From assembly GCA_964410395.1 (NCBI GenBank), contig CAYPGS010000010.1:16668-80667 (forward strand): 64,000 nt of DNA, in the 5' to 3' direction. This DNA comes from an uncultured bacterium (GTDB lineage: Bacteria; Krumholzibacteriota; Krumholzibacteriia; JACNKJ01). Of the stretch, positions 54,432 through 63,710 are shown in pieces. Each line of letters begins with the position of its first letter. Within the stretch, counting starts at the first letter, position 1. The notes below the pieces were generated by a model. That model had not been told where the DNA came from, did no database searches, and saw only the letters and a program-made list of their open reading frames with translations. The translations under genes and the position numbers were made by a program.

Positions 54432-56204
54432 GTGGAAAACATTGCCCTCAGCATTCGCGCCGGCGCGCGCCAGCATGCCGACTCGGTGGCCCTGCGACAC
54501 AAGATCGTCGGCAGCTGGCATGAGATCAGCTACGGCGAGATGGACGAGTTGATCGAGGCTGTAGCGCGCAAGCTCGTGGACCTGGGCGTCGAGGAGGGCG
54601 GCAATGTGGCGATCTTCGCGCCCAACTGTCCGGACTGGATTCTGGCCGACCTGGGAGTCCAGAGCATTCGGGCGTCCACGGTGCCCATCTTCGCGACGAG
54701 CACGGTGGAGCAGGCCCGCTACATCATCGAGGATGCGGACGTTCGAGTGGCCTTCGCCGGCGCCCGCAGCGAAATGGAAAAGCTCGTGGAGGTTCGCGAG
54801 CTATGCGGGAAGCCCGAGATTCTCGTCGCCCTGGACGGCAGCACCGAGGCCGGCGACGAGGACGACATGCTCATGTCCGACTTCATCGAATCCGGTCGCC
54901 AGGCGGGCACCGCCGAGGAATGTCTCCGCCGCGCGGGCGATGCTCGCGGGGACGATCTCGCCACCATCATCTACACTTCGGGAACAACGGGCGAACCCAA
55001 GGGCGTGATGCTTTCCCACGCGAACTTCGTCAACCAGTTCGAAACCCTCGAGCGGCGCTACGACGTGACTGGCGAAGATCGCTCCCTCTGCTTCCTACCA
55101 CTCAGCCACGTCTTCGAGCGAGCCTGGACCTTCTACGTGCTGCTCAAGGGAGCGAAGAACTCATTCCTTCCCGATCCCAGACGCATCGCCAGCTATCTTG
55201 TCGAGGTTCGCCCCAACGTCATGGCAAGCGCCCCGCGTCTGTACGAAAAGATCTACGCCGGGATCTACGACAAGCTGGAGACCGCGCCCTCCTATCGCCA
55301 GAAGCTCTTCCACTGGGCCTTGGACGTGGGTGGCAGGTTCCAGACGAAGAGCCGGAACGGTGGAGTAGGCCCCCTGCTCCGCGCCCAGCACGCTCTGGCC
55401 GATCGTCTGGTGCTTTCGAAGCTGCGCGAGGTCATCGGCGGACCCAAGAAGTTCATGGCCTCCGGCGGCGCGGCGCTCTCCCAGGAAATCGAGGAGATGT
55501 TCTTCGCGGCCGGCCTGTTGATCTGTCAGGGCTACGGGCTCACCGAGACCGCGCCCATGCTCACGGCCAACTGCCCCGACGATTTCCGATTCGGAACGGT
55601 GGGCAAGCCCGTCGTGGACGTGGAGATCAAGATCGACGACAAGGGCGAGATCCTCGCCAAGGGCCCCAATGTCATGTCCGGCTACTTCAACAAACCCGAG
55701 GAGACCGATGAGGTCTTCACCGACGGCTGGTTTCACACCGGCGACGTGGGTCACTTCGACGAGGACGGCTTCCTGGTCATCACCGACCGCATCAAGGATC
55801 TCATCGTCACCTCGGGCGGCAAGAATGTCGCGCCGCAGCTCGTGGAGATGGTCGTGGGGAAGGATCCCTTCATCGATCAGCTTGCAGTGCTGGGCGATCG
55901 GCGCAAGTACATCAGCGCGCTGGTGGTGCCGTCCTTCGATGTGCTCAGCGAATGGGCCCGGCGTCAGAAGCTGAATTTCGAGTCCCACGAGGAACTCGTG
56001 AAGATGCCCGAGGTGATCCGCCACATGACCGAGCGCATCACGGCTCAGTCGAGGCAGCTGGCGCCTTTCGAGAAGATCAAGCGATTCACGCTCATGGCCA
56101 AGGAGTTCACCATGCAGGCCGGCGAGATCACGCCGACCCTGAAGGTGAAGCGCCGCGTGATCCACGAGAAGTACAAGGATCTCATCGAGCGCATGTATAG
56201 CTGA
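54432..56204 (+). CDS. Long-chain fatty acid--CoA ligase (AMP-dependent synthetase, FadD/FACS type)
   Basis: AMP-binding motif IIYTSGTTGEPKGVMLSH. YGLTET and GWFHTGDVG blocks. 590 aa. Confidence 0.85.
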   Translation: MENIALSIRAGARQHADSVALRHKIVGSWHEISYGEMDELIEAVARKLVDLGVEEGGNVAIFAPNCPDWILADLGVQSIRASTVPIFATSTVEQARYIIEDADVRVAFAGARSEMEKLVEVRELCGKPEILVALDGSTEAGDEDDMLMSDFIESGRQAGTAEECLRRAGDARGDDLATIIYTSGTTGEPKGVMLSHANFVNQFETLERRYDVTGEDRSLCFLPLSHVFERAWTFYVLLKGAKNSFLPDPRRIASYLVEVRPNVMASAPRLYEKIYAGIYDKLETAPSYRQKLFHWALDVGGRFQTKSRNGGVGPLLRAQHALADRLVLSKLREVIGGPKKFMASGGAALSQEIEEMFFAAGLLICQGYGLTETAPMLTANCPDDFRFGTVGKPVVDVEIKIDDKGEILAKGPNVMSGYFNKPEETDEVFTDGWFHTGDVGHFDEDGFLVITDRIKDLIVTSGGKNVAPQLVEMVVGKDPFIDQLAVLGDRRKYISALVVPSFDVLSEWARRQKLNFESHEELVKMPEVIRHMTERITAQSRQLAPFEKIKRFTLMAKEFTMQAGEITPTLKVKRRVIHEKYKDLIERMYS

Positions 56205-56207
56205 GCG

Positions 56208-56236
56208 GCCAGCTACCAGCTACCAGCTACCAGCAG
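56208..56236. repeat. (CCAGCTA)x3.5 heptamer tandem repeat between convergent genes
   Basis: GGCCAGCTACCAGCTACCAGCTACCAGCAGG. The same unit occurs at 11891-11916 and 11951-11975, and a related unit at 12855-12870. Confidence 0.55.
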
Positions 56237-56240
56237 GAAA

Positions 56241-57980
56241 TCAACGCGCCATGACCAGTTTCGTGGTGGCCTCATGGTCGCCGGCCATGAGCCGGCAGAA
56301 GTAGATTCCCGAGCTCAATTCCTCACCGGCGCTGCTGCGACCGTCCCAGTCGAACTGGTGCGGGCCCGCCCCCTGATCCTCGATCGAGCGACTCCAGATC
56401 CGTCGACCTCCCAGATCGTAGATGGCAACATCCACTTCCGCGGCGTCATTCGGCAGCACGTAGCGCAGCGTGGTCTTGGGATTGAAGGGATTGGGGAAGC
56501 TGCTCAGCGCCACGGTCGCAGCCGGAGCAGAGTCGGTTCCCGTGTTGATCGGGTAGAGCGGGATGCTCAGTCCGATGGGTGAGCCCCCTTCCACGTTCAA
56601 ACCTGAGATCACTGCGTCGTGGTAGCCTTCGAGGCTGGCGGACACCGTGTAGATTCCGGGCCTGAGAAGGCGGATGTAGCGTCCGTGCACGGGTTCGCTC
56701 ATGCGGGGATGATTGAGTATCGGCTCGCCGGTCACGGCCACTTCAGCCGCAAGGGGCTCAAGAGTGGTCGCATCGTAGACGTTTCCGCGCAGACCGTTTC
56801 CGTGCACGCGATTCAGCAAGACACGGATGCCGTTCAGGTTGGCATCCACGATGTCGGCGATTCGAGCAATCCCCGTAGGGAAGAACTCGGTGGCCGTCTC
56901 GACGAGGTAGGCCTGGGTGCCGTGCTCCCAGTACATCCAGTTGTAGGACTGCCCGTTGCCGTAGAAGAACTCGGCGTCGTAGTAGCCGCTGCCTTCCCTG
57001 GGAATGGCGGCGGCCATGTCGTGGCAGAGCTGGATGCCCGCGGGATCATCGCCGCAGTAGCCCACGTACTCGCTGTAGCTGTGGAAGCTCATGCCGGCCA
57101 CGAAGTGCTCGCGGTCGAAGAGGGCCTGCTGAAGCTGCGACTCGTTCTCGGACATGGGCCCCGGGCCGCGATAGACGATGCTGCATTCCAGCGAGCTGCC
57201 CGCCGAGGTCCAGCCCTCATCGTAGTTGCGGTTGAGGTCCACGCCGTCCGGATAGCTGGGATAGCTCGAGCCGCAGTACTCGTAGACCACTCCCTCGAAG
57301 ATGTCGTCCCCGTCGTTGTCGCGCTTGTTCTTGCGCCACCAGGGGCTGTCGATGCCGGTCTGCACGTAGAGGTAACCCTCGGGATTCAGGATGGGGATGA
57401 TCCAGATCTCCGTCTCGTCGATTAGGAAGGTGATCTCGGGATCGCTGCCGTAGCCGGCCACCATTTCCTGGATGAAGGCCGCCATGATGTTGGTGTTCAC
57501 GGGCTCGCGGGCATGGATCACCGCGTCGAGACTCACATCGGGTTCGTCCTCCTGAATCAGAGGGTTGTCCGACAGCTTCAGGGCCCAGATCTCCACGCCG
57601 TCCCTTGTGGAATAGCCGAGCAGTTCCATGGCGGCGATGTCGGGATGATCGGCCACGGTGGAGCTCATGAGATCGTAGATCTCCTGATAGGACCAGTAGT
57701 AGACGTCACTCCACACCGCGCGGCTCGGAAGGACGAGCTCATGTCGCATTCCCGTCGCGGTGAAGGCTTCGAGTTCAGTCTGCGGAATCGTGTAGTCGTA
57801 GCTCCGCCCCAAGCGATGGGCGGGGATCTCCGACACCGCGTACTCGCCGTAGTCGGCGAGAAGGTTCAGATCCTCCTGGCTTTCTGGCGTGACTCGTACG
57901 GTGACGATATCGGCGGCAAGAAGGGAAGTGGCGAAAAGGATGACGGCAAGACCCGTCAGGACGGCGAATGCTCGGCGCAT
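56241..57980 (-). CDS. M14 family zinc carboxypeptidase with a T9SS C-terminal sorting domain
   Basis: Signal peptide MRRAFAVLTGLAVILFATSLLA. Zn-binding HAREP (HxxE) and the later His in the M14 fold. The C-terminal FPNPFNPKTTLRYVLP…VAIYDLGGRRIW…GIYFCRL…KLVMAR. Confidence 0.85.
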   Translation of the reverse strand: MRRAFAVLTGLAVILFATSLLAADIVTVRVTPESQEDLNLLADYGEYAVSEIPAHRLGRSYDYTIPQTELEAFTATGMRHELVLPSRAVWSDVYYWSYQEIYDLMSSTVADHPDIAAMELLGYSTRDGVEIWALKLSDNPLIQEDEPDVSLDAVIHAREPVNTNIMAAFIQEMVAGYGSDPEITFLIDETEIWIIPILNPEGYLYVQTGIDSPWWRKNKRDNDGDDIFEGVVYEYCGSSYPSYPDGVDLNRNYDEGWTSAGSSLECSIVYRGPGPMSENESQLQQALFDREHFVAGMSFHSYSEYVGYCGDDPAGIQLCHDMAAAIPREGSGYYDAEFFYGNGQSYNWMYWEHGTQAYLVETATEFFPTGIARIADIVDANLNGIRVLLNRVHGNGLRGNVYDATTLEPLAAEVAVTGEPILNHPRMSEPVHGRYIRLLRPGIYTVSASLEGYHDAVISGLNVEGGSPIGLSIPLYPINTGTDSAPAATVALSSFPNPFNPKTTLRYVLPNDAAEVDVAIYDLGGRRIWSRSIEDQGAGPHQFDWDGRSSAGEELSSGIYFCRLMAGDHEATTKLVMAR

Positions 57981-58041
57981 GGCTCACCTCGTTTGTGAGC
58001 CTCAAGTCTATCACATTTCCGAAGCAGGGCTCCAGGAAGGC

Positions 58042-58773
58042 CTAGTGCAAGGCTTTGAGCTTCTCGACTTTCCGTCCGTAGTGAACGCCCAGGATCGGCA
58101 TGACAATGGGCAGGGTGGCGTAGGCGAATCCGGCCCAGACTCCCACTCGATGGGGGGCGAGCCAGGCCACGAGGAATGAAAGCAGCCCGGTAAGGGCCAG
58201 CGCGCCGAAGTTGACGACTCCCGATTGCGTGACTATTCGCTCGAGTTCATCAAGGTTCAGGTCTTCGGACAGGGCCTTCGCTCTCATGTAGAGCATGACC
58301 ACGCAGGCGTTCATGGCGAAGAATCCCAGTCCATAGATGATGAAGAGCCCGGTGAGATCGCTGTTGGATTCGAGCACGAAGTTGGTGGGCAGCCATCCCC
58401 CACTGATCCAGTGGAACAATGCAGCGAAGACCATCTTCAGGGGGTAGACGAAGACCAGCATGACGAAGATCAGGGACATGCTGATGAGCGTTGTGGGCAT
58501 GTCTTCCAGTCCGTAGAAGCGGCTCCACTGGCGATGGGTGTACCAGTAGCTCACCACGGAGGCGAAGCTCGCGGCGAAAGCCGGCGTTCCCTTGAGCGCC
58601 TCGATGAGCTCCACATAGCTACCGGGAATGCCGCCGAGGGAAATCACCAGCAGTGTCGTGGCGAAGGCGAAGGCGGCGTCGGTGAAGGTTTCCAGACGCG
58701 TCATCTCCAGGCCGCGCAGACGGAAGCCGTTCTTCCGCGGCAGCTTCGCCAGTTGAGCATCGGTCCAGTGCAT
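58042..58773 (-). CDS. TMEM175/DUF1211 family potassium channel-like membrane protein
   Basis: RLETFTDAAFAFATTLLV matches the TMEM175 signature (RxxxFSDGVFAIAITLLV). 6 TM. Confidence 0.75.
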   Translation of the reverse strand: MHWTDAQLAKLPRKNGFRLRGLEMTRLETFTDAAFAFATTLLVISLGGIPGSYVELIEALKGTPAFAASFASVVSYWYTHRQWSRFYGLEDMPTTLISMSLIFVMLVFVYPLKMVFAALFHWISGGWLPTNFVLESNSDLTGLFIIYGLGFFAMNACVVMLYMRAKALSEDLNLDELERIVTQSGVVNFGALALTGLLSFLVAWLAPHRVGVWAGFAYATLPIVMPILGVHYGRKVEKLKALH

Positions 58774-58860
58774 GTTACCTCCCGGCGGCGATCCTAGTCG
58801 GCGCCCCCACCTCGATCAAGGGCAACAATGCGCTTGCGTTTTCAGGTCCGGATGGCTAGA

Positions 58861-58888
58861 TTGAAAGTTAGGCTTACCTAACTTTCAA
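58861..58888. promoter_or_regulatory. DtxR/IdeR-type iron-box-like palindromic operator, TTGAAAGTTAGG-CTTA-CCTAACTTTCAA
   Basis: A perfect 12-bp inverted repeat around a 4-bp centre. The core TTAGGcttaCCTAA resembles the DtxR box TTAGGTTAGCCTAACCTAA. It lies 14 nt upstream of the DtxR-family regulator gene and of the metal ABC operon. Confidence 0.55.
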
Positions 58889-58901
58889 TCGGACTGACGA
58901 G

Positions 58902-59306
58902 ATGCTTAGCGAATCGGTGGAAAACTACATCACGGAGATCCTTCGCCTCGAGGAGGCGGCAACCCCCGCCACCACCAGCGAACTCGCCGAGCGATTGCAG
59001 GTGGCGCGCCCTTCGGTGACGGGCATGCTCAAGAAACTAGAGGCCGAGGGATACATCCTGCGCGAGCCCTATCGCGCCGTGCGGCTCACTCGACGCGGAC
59101 GGCGAGCGGCGCGCGTGGTGATCCGGCGTCATCGCCTCATCGAGACATTCCTGGTGGAAGCGCTGGGAATGTCGCCCGCCAAGGTTCATGAAGAGGCTCA
59201 CCGGCTCGAGCACGCCATGTCCGAAGAGGTCATCGAGCGCCTGGACCATTGGCTGGGTCGCCCCGAACTCGATCCCCACGGCAGGCGCATACCCGGCCGG
59301 TCCTAG
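58902..59306 (+). CDS. DtxR/MntR/TroR family metal-dependent transcriptional repressor
   Basis: 134 aa. N-terminal wHTH (TSELAERLQVARPSVTGMLKKLEAEGYI) and metal-site residues in HRLIETFL…HEEAHRLEH. Confidence 0.8.
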   Translation: MLSESVENYITEILRLEEAATPATTSELAERLQVARPSVTGMLKKLEAEGYILREPYRAVRLTRRGRRAARVVIRRHRLIETFLVEALGMSPAKVHEEAHRLEHAMSEEVIERLDHWLGRPELDPHGRRIPGRS

Positions 59307-59374
59307 CTAGAGGATCCTTGCGCGGTTTTTTGCGCGTGATAAGCTGCCCTGGCGGGCGGAAGGAGAAGTTGAGG

Positions 59375-60313
59375 ATGCGCAATTCAATACTGCTGGGTCT
59401 GGCCCTCTTCCTGATCCTCGGCTGCGGCGGAAACGACGATGGCGAGCGCTCCGGTAAACTCAAGCTCGTGGCCACCACCGGCCAGGTGGGCGACCTTCTC
59501 CGCAAGGTGGGCGGCGAGCGCGTGCAGGTGACCGCACTCATGGGCCCGGGAATCGATCCCCACCTCTACAAGGCCAGCGCGGGAGACGTGGAGCGACTGC
59601 GCCTCGCCGACGCAATCTTCTACAACGGACATCATCTTGAAGCCAAGATGGGCGAGGTCATCGAGCAGATGGGCGCGAGCAAGCCTACACTGGCTCTCGC
59701 CGAAGTCATCGCCGAAAGGCGCCTGCTGTCCCACAGCGACTACCAGGAACACTTCGATCCCCACGTCTGGTTCGATCTGGAACTCTGGCGAGAGGCGGTC
59801 GAAGCCGCCGGGGCGAAGCTGGCAGAACTCGACCCTCCCCATGCCGCCGAATACGAGGCGCGGGCGCGTGACTACATGACTGAGTTGGACGCCCTGCACG
59901 CCTACGCACTCGACGCCTTCGCCCGCGTTCCCGAGAAGCAGCGCGTGCTCATCACCGCCCATGACGCCTTCGGCTACTTCGGCCGGGCCTACGGACTGGA
60001 AGTACGGGGGCTGCAGGGAATCAGCACGGTCACCGAGGCGGGTACCGGCGACGTGCAGCACCTGGCCGCCTTCATCGCCGAGCGCAGGATTCCCGCCCTC
60101 TTCGTCGAGACTTCGGTATCCCCGCGGGCCATTCAGGCCGTGCGCGAGGCGGTGAGGTCCCGTGGCTTCGAGGTGGAGATCGGTGGCGAGATCTTCAGTG
60201 ACGCATTGGGCAATCCGGGCGGACCCGCGGAGACTTTCCTCGGAATGTTCCGCCATAACGTGGACACCATCGTGTCCTCGCTCCTGGGAGAGGCGAGTCA
60301 TGAGCGGCACTAG
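59375..60313 (+). CDS. Metal (Mn/Zn/Fe) ABC transporter substrate-binding lipoprotein, cluster A-I (TroA/ZnuA/MntC family)
   Basis: RBS GGAAGGAGAAG. Lipobox [33 protein letters not shown] and [10 protein letters not shown] are family blocks. Confidence 0.85.
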   Translation: MRNSILLGLALFLILGCGGNDDGERSGKLKLVATTGQVGDLLRKVGGERVQVTALMGPGIDPHLYKASAGDVERLRLADAIFYNGHHLEAKMGEVIEQMGASKPTLALAEVIAERRLLSHSDYQEHFDPHVWFDLELWREAVEAAGAKLAELDPPHAAEYEARARDYMTELDALHAYALDAFARVPEKQRVLITAHDAFGYFGRAYGLEVRGLQGISTVTEAGTGDVQHLAAFIAERRIPALFVETSVSPRAIQAVREAVRSRGFEVEIGGEIFSDALGNPGGPAETFLGMFRHNVDTIVSSLLGEASHERH

Positions 60314-61106
60314 GGAACTGGCAGTCGGCGTCAACGACCTCACCGTGGCCTACGGCGATCGTCCCGTGCTATGGGACATCGACATGGACGTGCCCGCCGG
60401 CCACCTCATGGCCATCATGGGTCCCAACGGCGCCGGCAAGACCACGCTCATCAAGGCCATCCTGGGGCTCATCCCCGCCGCGGCCGGTCGCGTGGAGATC
60501 CACGGAGAACTCTATCGCGATCAGCGACGTCTCGTGGGCTACGTGCCCCAGCGCGGCAGCGTGGACTGGGACTTTCCCACCACCGTTCTGGACGTCGTGA
60601 TGATGGGCCGATACGGCGCGCTGGGCTGGCTCAAGCGGCCCGGAAAAGCCGAGCGCGAACTGGCGATGTCAGCGCTGGATAAAGTCGGCATGGCGGAGTT
60701 CCGCCATCGCCAGATCAGCCAGCTCTCCGGCGGACAGCAGCAACGAGTCTTCCTCGCCCGCGCCCTGGTGCAGGACGCCCGGGTCTACTTCATGGACGAA
60801 CCTTTCCAGGGCGTCGACGCGCGCACCGAGCGCGCCATCGTCGACCTGCTCCAGGAACTGCGCGAGCAGGGACGCACCGTGGTGGTCGTCCATCACGATC
60901 TGCAGACCGTGCAGGAGTACTTCGATTGGATAATGCTGCTCAACGTGCGGCGTATCGCCTGCGGCCCCGTTGGCGAGGTCTTCACGCCCGAGAATCTGCG
61001 ACTGGCATACGGCGGGCGCGTGGAGTTCCTCGCCCGGCGCGCGGCACGGGACCGCGAGGATCATCCAGGCGACGATCCCCGAACCCTTGACGGACATCGA
61101 CCATGA
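60300..61106 (+). CDS. Metal ABC transporter ATP-binding protein (TroB/ZnuC/MntB-like)
   Basis: Walker [11 protein letters not shown], signature [15 protein letters not shown], Walker B VYFMDEP. The start overlaps the stop of the substrate-binding gene. Confidence 0.85.
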   Translation: MSGTRELAVGVNDLTVAYGDRPVLWDIDMDVPAGHLMAIMGPNGAGKTTLIKAILGLIPAAAGRVEIHGELYRDQRRLVGYVPQRGSVDWDFPTTVLDVVMMGRYGALGWLKRPGKAERELAMSALDKVGMAEFRHRQISQLSGGQQQRVFLARALVQDARVYFMDEPFQGVDARTERAIVDLLQELREQGRTVVVVHHDLQTVQEYFDWIMLLNVRRIACGPVGEVFTPENLRLAYGGRVEFLARRAARDREDHPGDDPRTLDGHRP

Positions 61107-62221
61107 ACCTGCTCACCGAGCTCTTCACCGACTACACCCTTCGCACGGTTTCCCTGGGATCGGCGGGGCTCGGGGTGGTTGCCGGCATGCTCGGTGCCTT
61201 CGCCGTGCTTCGACGCCAGAGCCTTCTCGGCGACGCCGTGAGCCACGCGGCATTGCCCGGCATCGTGCTCGCCTTCATGCTCACCGGAGCCAAGACGCCC
61301 CTGGTCCTGGTACTCGGCGCGGCCCTGGCCGGATGGCTGGCCTCGCTGCTGGTCATGCTCATCGTCAGGAGCAGCCGCATCAAGACCGACACGGCCCTGG
61401 GCCTCGTGCTCTCCACCTTCTTCGGTCTCGGCCTGGTCTTGCTTTCCATCGTGCAGCGCAGCGCCGGCGCGGGGCAGGCGGGACTCGACCGCTTCCTCTT
61501 CGGACAGGCCGCGGCACTCGTTGGCGACGACCTCGTCACCATGTCGGCCCTGGGCGCTCTCGTGCTACTGGCCCTGGTGACGCTCTGGAAGGAATTCAAA
61601 CTGCTGAGCTTCGATCCGGCCTTCGCGGGATCCCTCGGCCTGCCCCTGCGCGCCCTGGACATCGCATTGACCACCCTGCTCGTCATCGCCATCGTCATCG
61701 GTCTGCAGACCGTGGGCGTTGTGCTCATGAGCGCCATGATCGTGGCCCCCGCCTCGGCGGCACGGCAGTGGACCGACCGGCTCGGCCGCTTGGTTCTGCT
61801 GTCGGGGCTCTTCGGCGGACTCAGCGGGCTGGCCGGAGCATTGATCTCGAGCCGCGTAGCGAGGCTGCCCACGGGGCCCACCATCATTCTGGTGATCATG
61901 GGCATCACGCTGATCTCCCTGATGGTCGCCCCACGCCGCGGACTGCTGGCCGCGGCTCTGCGACGACGGCGGCAACGCCGACAGGTTCGCGTCGATAACG
62001 TCCTGGCCGACCTCTATCGTCTGGCCACCCAGCATGCCGATCCTCTGAGCGCGCCCCATGCGGTGGATGCCCTGCGCGCCATGAGCGAGGGATACGGCGT
62101 AAGGGCGGGACTCGCGAAACTGGCGGCCTCGGGCCTCGTCGATGTCGATGACGAGGGTCGCTGGCGCCTCACCGAACCGGGCCTCGCGCGCGGTCGGGAA
62201 CTCGTGGAGGGATCGCCATGA
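61103..62221 (+). CDS. Metal ABC transporter permease (TroC/ZnuB family) with a C-terminal ~85-aa DtxR-like winged-helix extension
   Basis: ~285-aa permease core, then RRRRQRRQ and …[31 protein letters not shown]. This matches the DtxR recognition helix and wing (…[25 protein letters not shown]…). Confidence 0.75.
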   Translation: MNLLTELFTDYTLRTVSLGSAGLGVVAGMLGAFAVLRRQSLLGDAVSHAALPGIVLAFMLTGAKTPLVLVLGAALAGWLASLLVMLIVRSSRIKTDTALGLVLSTFFGLGLVLLSIVQRSAGAGQAGLDRFLFGQAAALVGDDLVTMSALGALVLLALVTLWKEFKLLSFDPAFAGSLGLPLRALDIALTTLLVIAIVIGLQTVGVVLMSAMIVAPASAARQWTDRLGRLVLLSGLFGGLSGLAGALISSRVARLPTGPTIILVIMGITLISLMVAPRRGLLAAALRRRRQRRQVRVDNVLADLYRLATQHADPLSAPHAVDALRAMSEGYGVRAGLAKLAASGLVDVDDEGRWRLTEPGLARGRELVEGSP

Positions 62222-63345
62222 GCCTGCCCCAGGTGGAGATACTCGCCATCGCCATGCTTACCGCCGCCGCCTGCTCGCTGGTGGGCGTCTTCCTCATGCT
62301 GCGGCGCATGGCCATGCTTTCGGACGCCATCAGCCACGCCATCCTGCCGGGCATCGTCATCGCCTTCTTCCTCACCGGCGATCTCAGCTCGCCCTGGCTG
62401 GTCATCGGCGCGGCTCTCACGGGTGTTCTCACCGTGGCCCTGGTGGAACTGCTCACCCGCACGGGCCGCCTCAAGGAAGACGCGGCCATGGGCCTGGTTT
62501 TCCCCGCTCTCTTCTCTCTGGGCATCGTGCTCATCACACGCTACGCCGGCAACATGCACCTCGACGTGGACGCGGTGCTCCTCGGCGAACTGGCCTTCGC
62601 CCCCTTCGACCGATTCATCCTGGGCGGCGTCGATCTCGGAGCACGCCACCTCTGGCTCATGGGCGGCATCACCCTCATCAACCTCGCCGCCGTCACGCTC
62701 TTCTTCAAGGAGCTCAAGCTGGCCGCCTTCGACGCGGGACTGGCCGCGTCGCTGGGTCTTGCGCCGGCGTTGATCCACTATGGTCTGATGACCCTGGTCT
62801 CGGTGACCACGGTGGGCGCCTTCGATGCGGTGGGGCTCATTCTGGTCGTGGCCCTCATGGTGGGACCGGCCGCCGCGGCCTACCTGCTTACCGATCGCCT
62901 CGGCTTGCTGCTACTCCTGGCCGCACTGCTCGGCATGTTATCGGCGGCCCTCGGATTCGGCATGGCGGTGCTGCTGGATGCGTCCATTGCCGGATGCATG
63001 GCCGTGGGCGTGGGGCTCGTCTTCGGCGTGACCTTCCTGTCGGCTCCCGGACGAGGGCTCCTGGCGGTGCTGCGACGACGCCAGCGCCAGCGATTCGAAT
63101 TCGCGGAGCTGATGCTGGCCATCCATCTGCTTCAGCACGAGGGCGAACCCGATGAGGTCGAGGAATCGAGAGAGGAGCACCTGCATGGGAAGCACGTGGG
63201 TTGGACGCCGGATTTCACCCGCAGGATCGTCGAGGGAGCGGAGCGGCGAGGCCTCATCGAACGCCGTAAGGAATGTCTGCGATTGACGGAATCCGGCAGA
63301 GCCTCCGCCGGCCTGGCACTCAGCGGCCAGATTGGAGAGGGCTAG
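62218..63345 (+). CDS. Metal ABC transporter permease (TroD/ZnuB family) with a C-terminal DtxR-like winged-helix extension
   Basis: Permease core, then RRRQRQR and …IVEGAERRGLIERRKECLRLTESGRASAGLAL. ATGA overlap with the upstream permease. Confidence 0.75.
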   Translation: MSLPQVEILAIAMLTAAACSLVGVFLMLRRMAMLSDAISHAILPGIVIAFFLTGDLSSPWLVIGAALTGVLTVALVELLTRTGRLKEDAAMGLVFPALFSLGIVLITRYAGNMHLDVDAVLLGELAFAPFDRFILGGVDLGARHLWLMGGITLINLAAVTLFFKELKLAAFDAGLAASLGLAPALIHYGLMTLVSVTTVGAFDAVGLILVVALMVGPAAAAYLLTDRLGLLLLLAALLGMLSAALGFGMAVLLDASIAGCMAVGVGLVFGVTFLSAPGRGLLAVLRRRQRQRFEFAELMLAIHLLQHEGEPDEVEESREEHLHGKHVGWTPDFTRRIVEGAERRGLIERRKECLRLTESGRASAGLALSGQIGEG

Positions 63346-63346
63346 A

Positions 63347-63694
63347 CTACTCCATCTCCTCCAGCAGATCCTCCATGTGCTGAGCGTCCCCTGCCTGGGA
63401 CAGGCGCTTGGCCTCCTCCCAATCCTTCCAGAGCTTCTCGGCGAACTCCTGGCCATCCTTGTGGGCGCGAACACCGCTGCTCATGCGCTGGTGCCGCATT
63501 CGGCGAAGGAAGGATCGATAGGGATCTTCACAGGTGTAATACTTGAGCGTGTAGCGCGCCACGAATTCGCCGCAGGCGGCGCACTCCACGAAGACGGCCG
63601 AGTCCTCCCCAGCCCGAACCAGAACCCGGTTCTGCATCTGATAGCTCTGGCACTTGGGACAGCACTCGCGTTTGGACTGCGGGCTCAATGGCAT
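63347..63694 (-). CDS. Hypothetical zinc-ribbon protein (CPKC…CAACGE, 115 aa)
   Basis: Two CxxC pairs (CCPKCQ, CAACGE) and an acidic C-terminus. Modest ORF with protein-like composition. Confidence 0.45.
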   Translation of the reverse strand: MPLSPQSKRECCPKCQSYQMQNRVLVRAGEDSAVFVECAACGEFVARYTLKYYTCEDPYRSFLRRMRHQRMSSGVRAHKDGQEFAEKLWKDWEEAKRLSQAGDAQHMEDLLEEME

Positions 63695-63710
63695 GGCGCA
63701 CCTCCGGCGC

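Noticed and set aside
11880-56240. The heptamer tandem repeats as a possible CRISPR array
   Set aside because: The units are only 7 nt, with no spacers and no repeat-spacer periodicity of 28-37 nt. No cas genes are present in the window.
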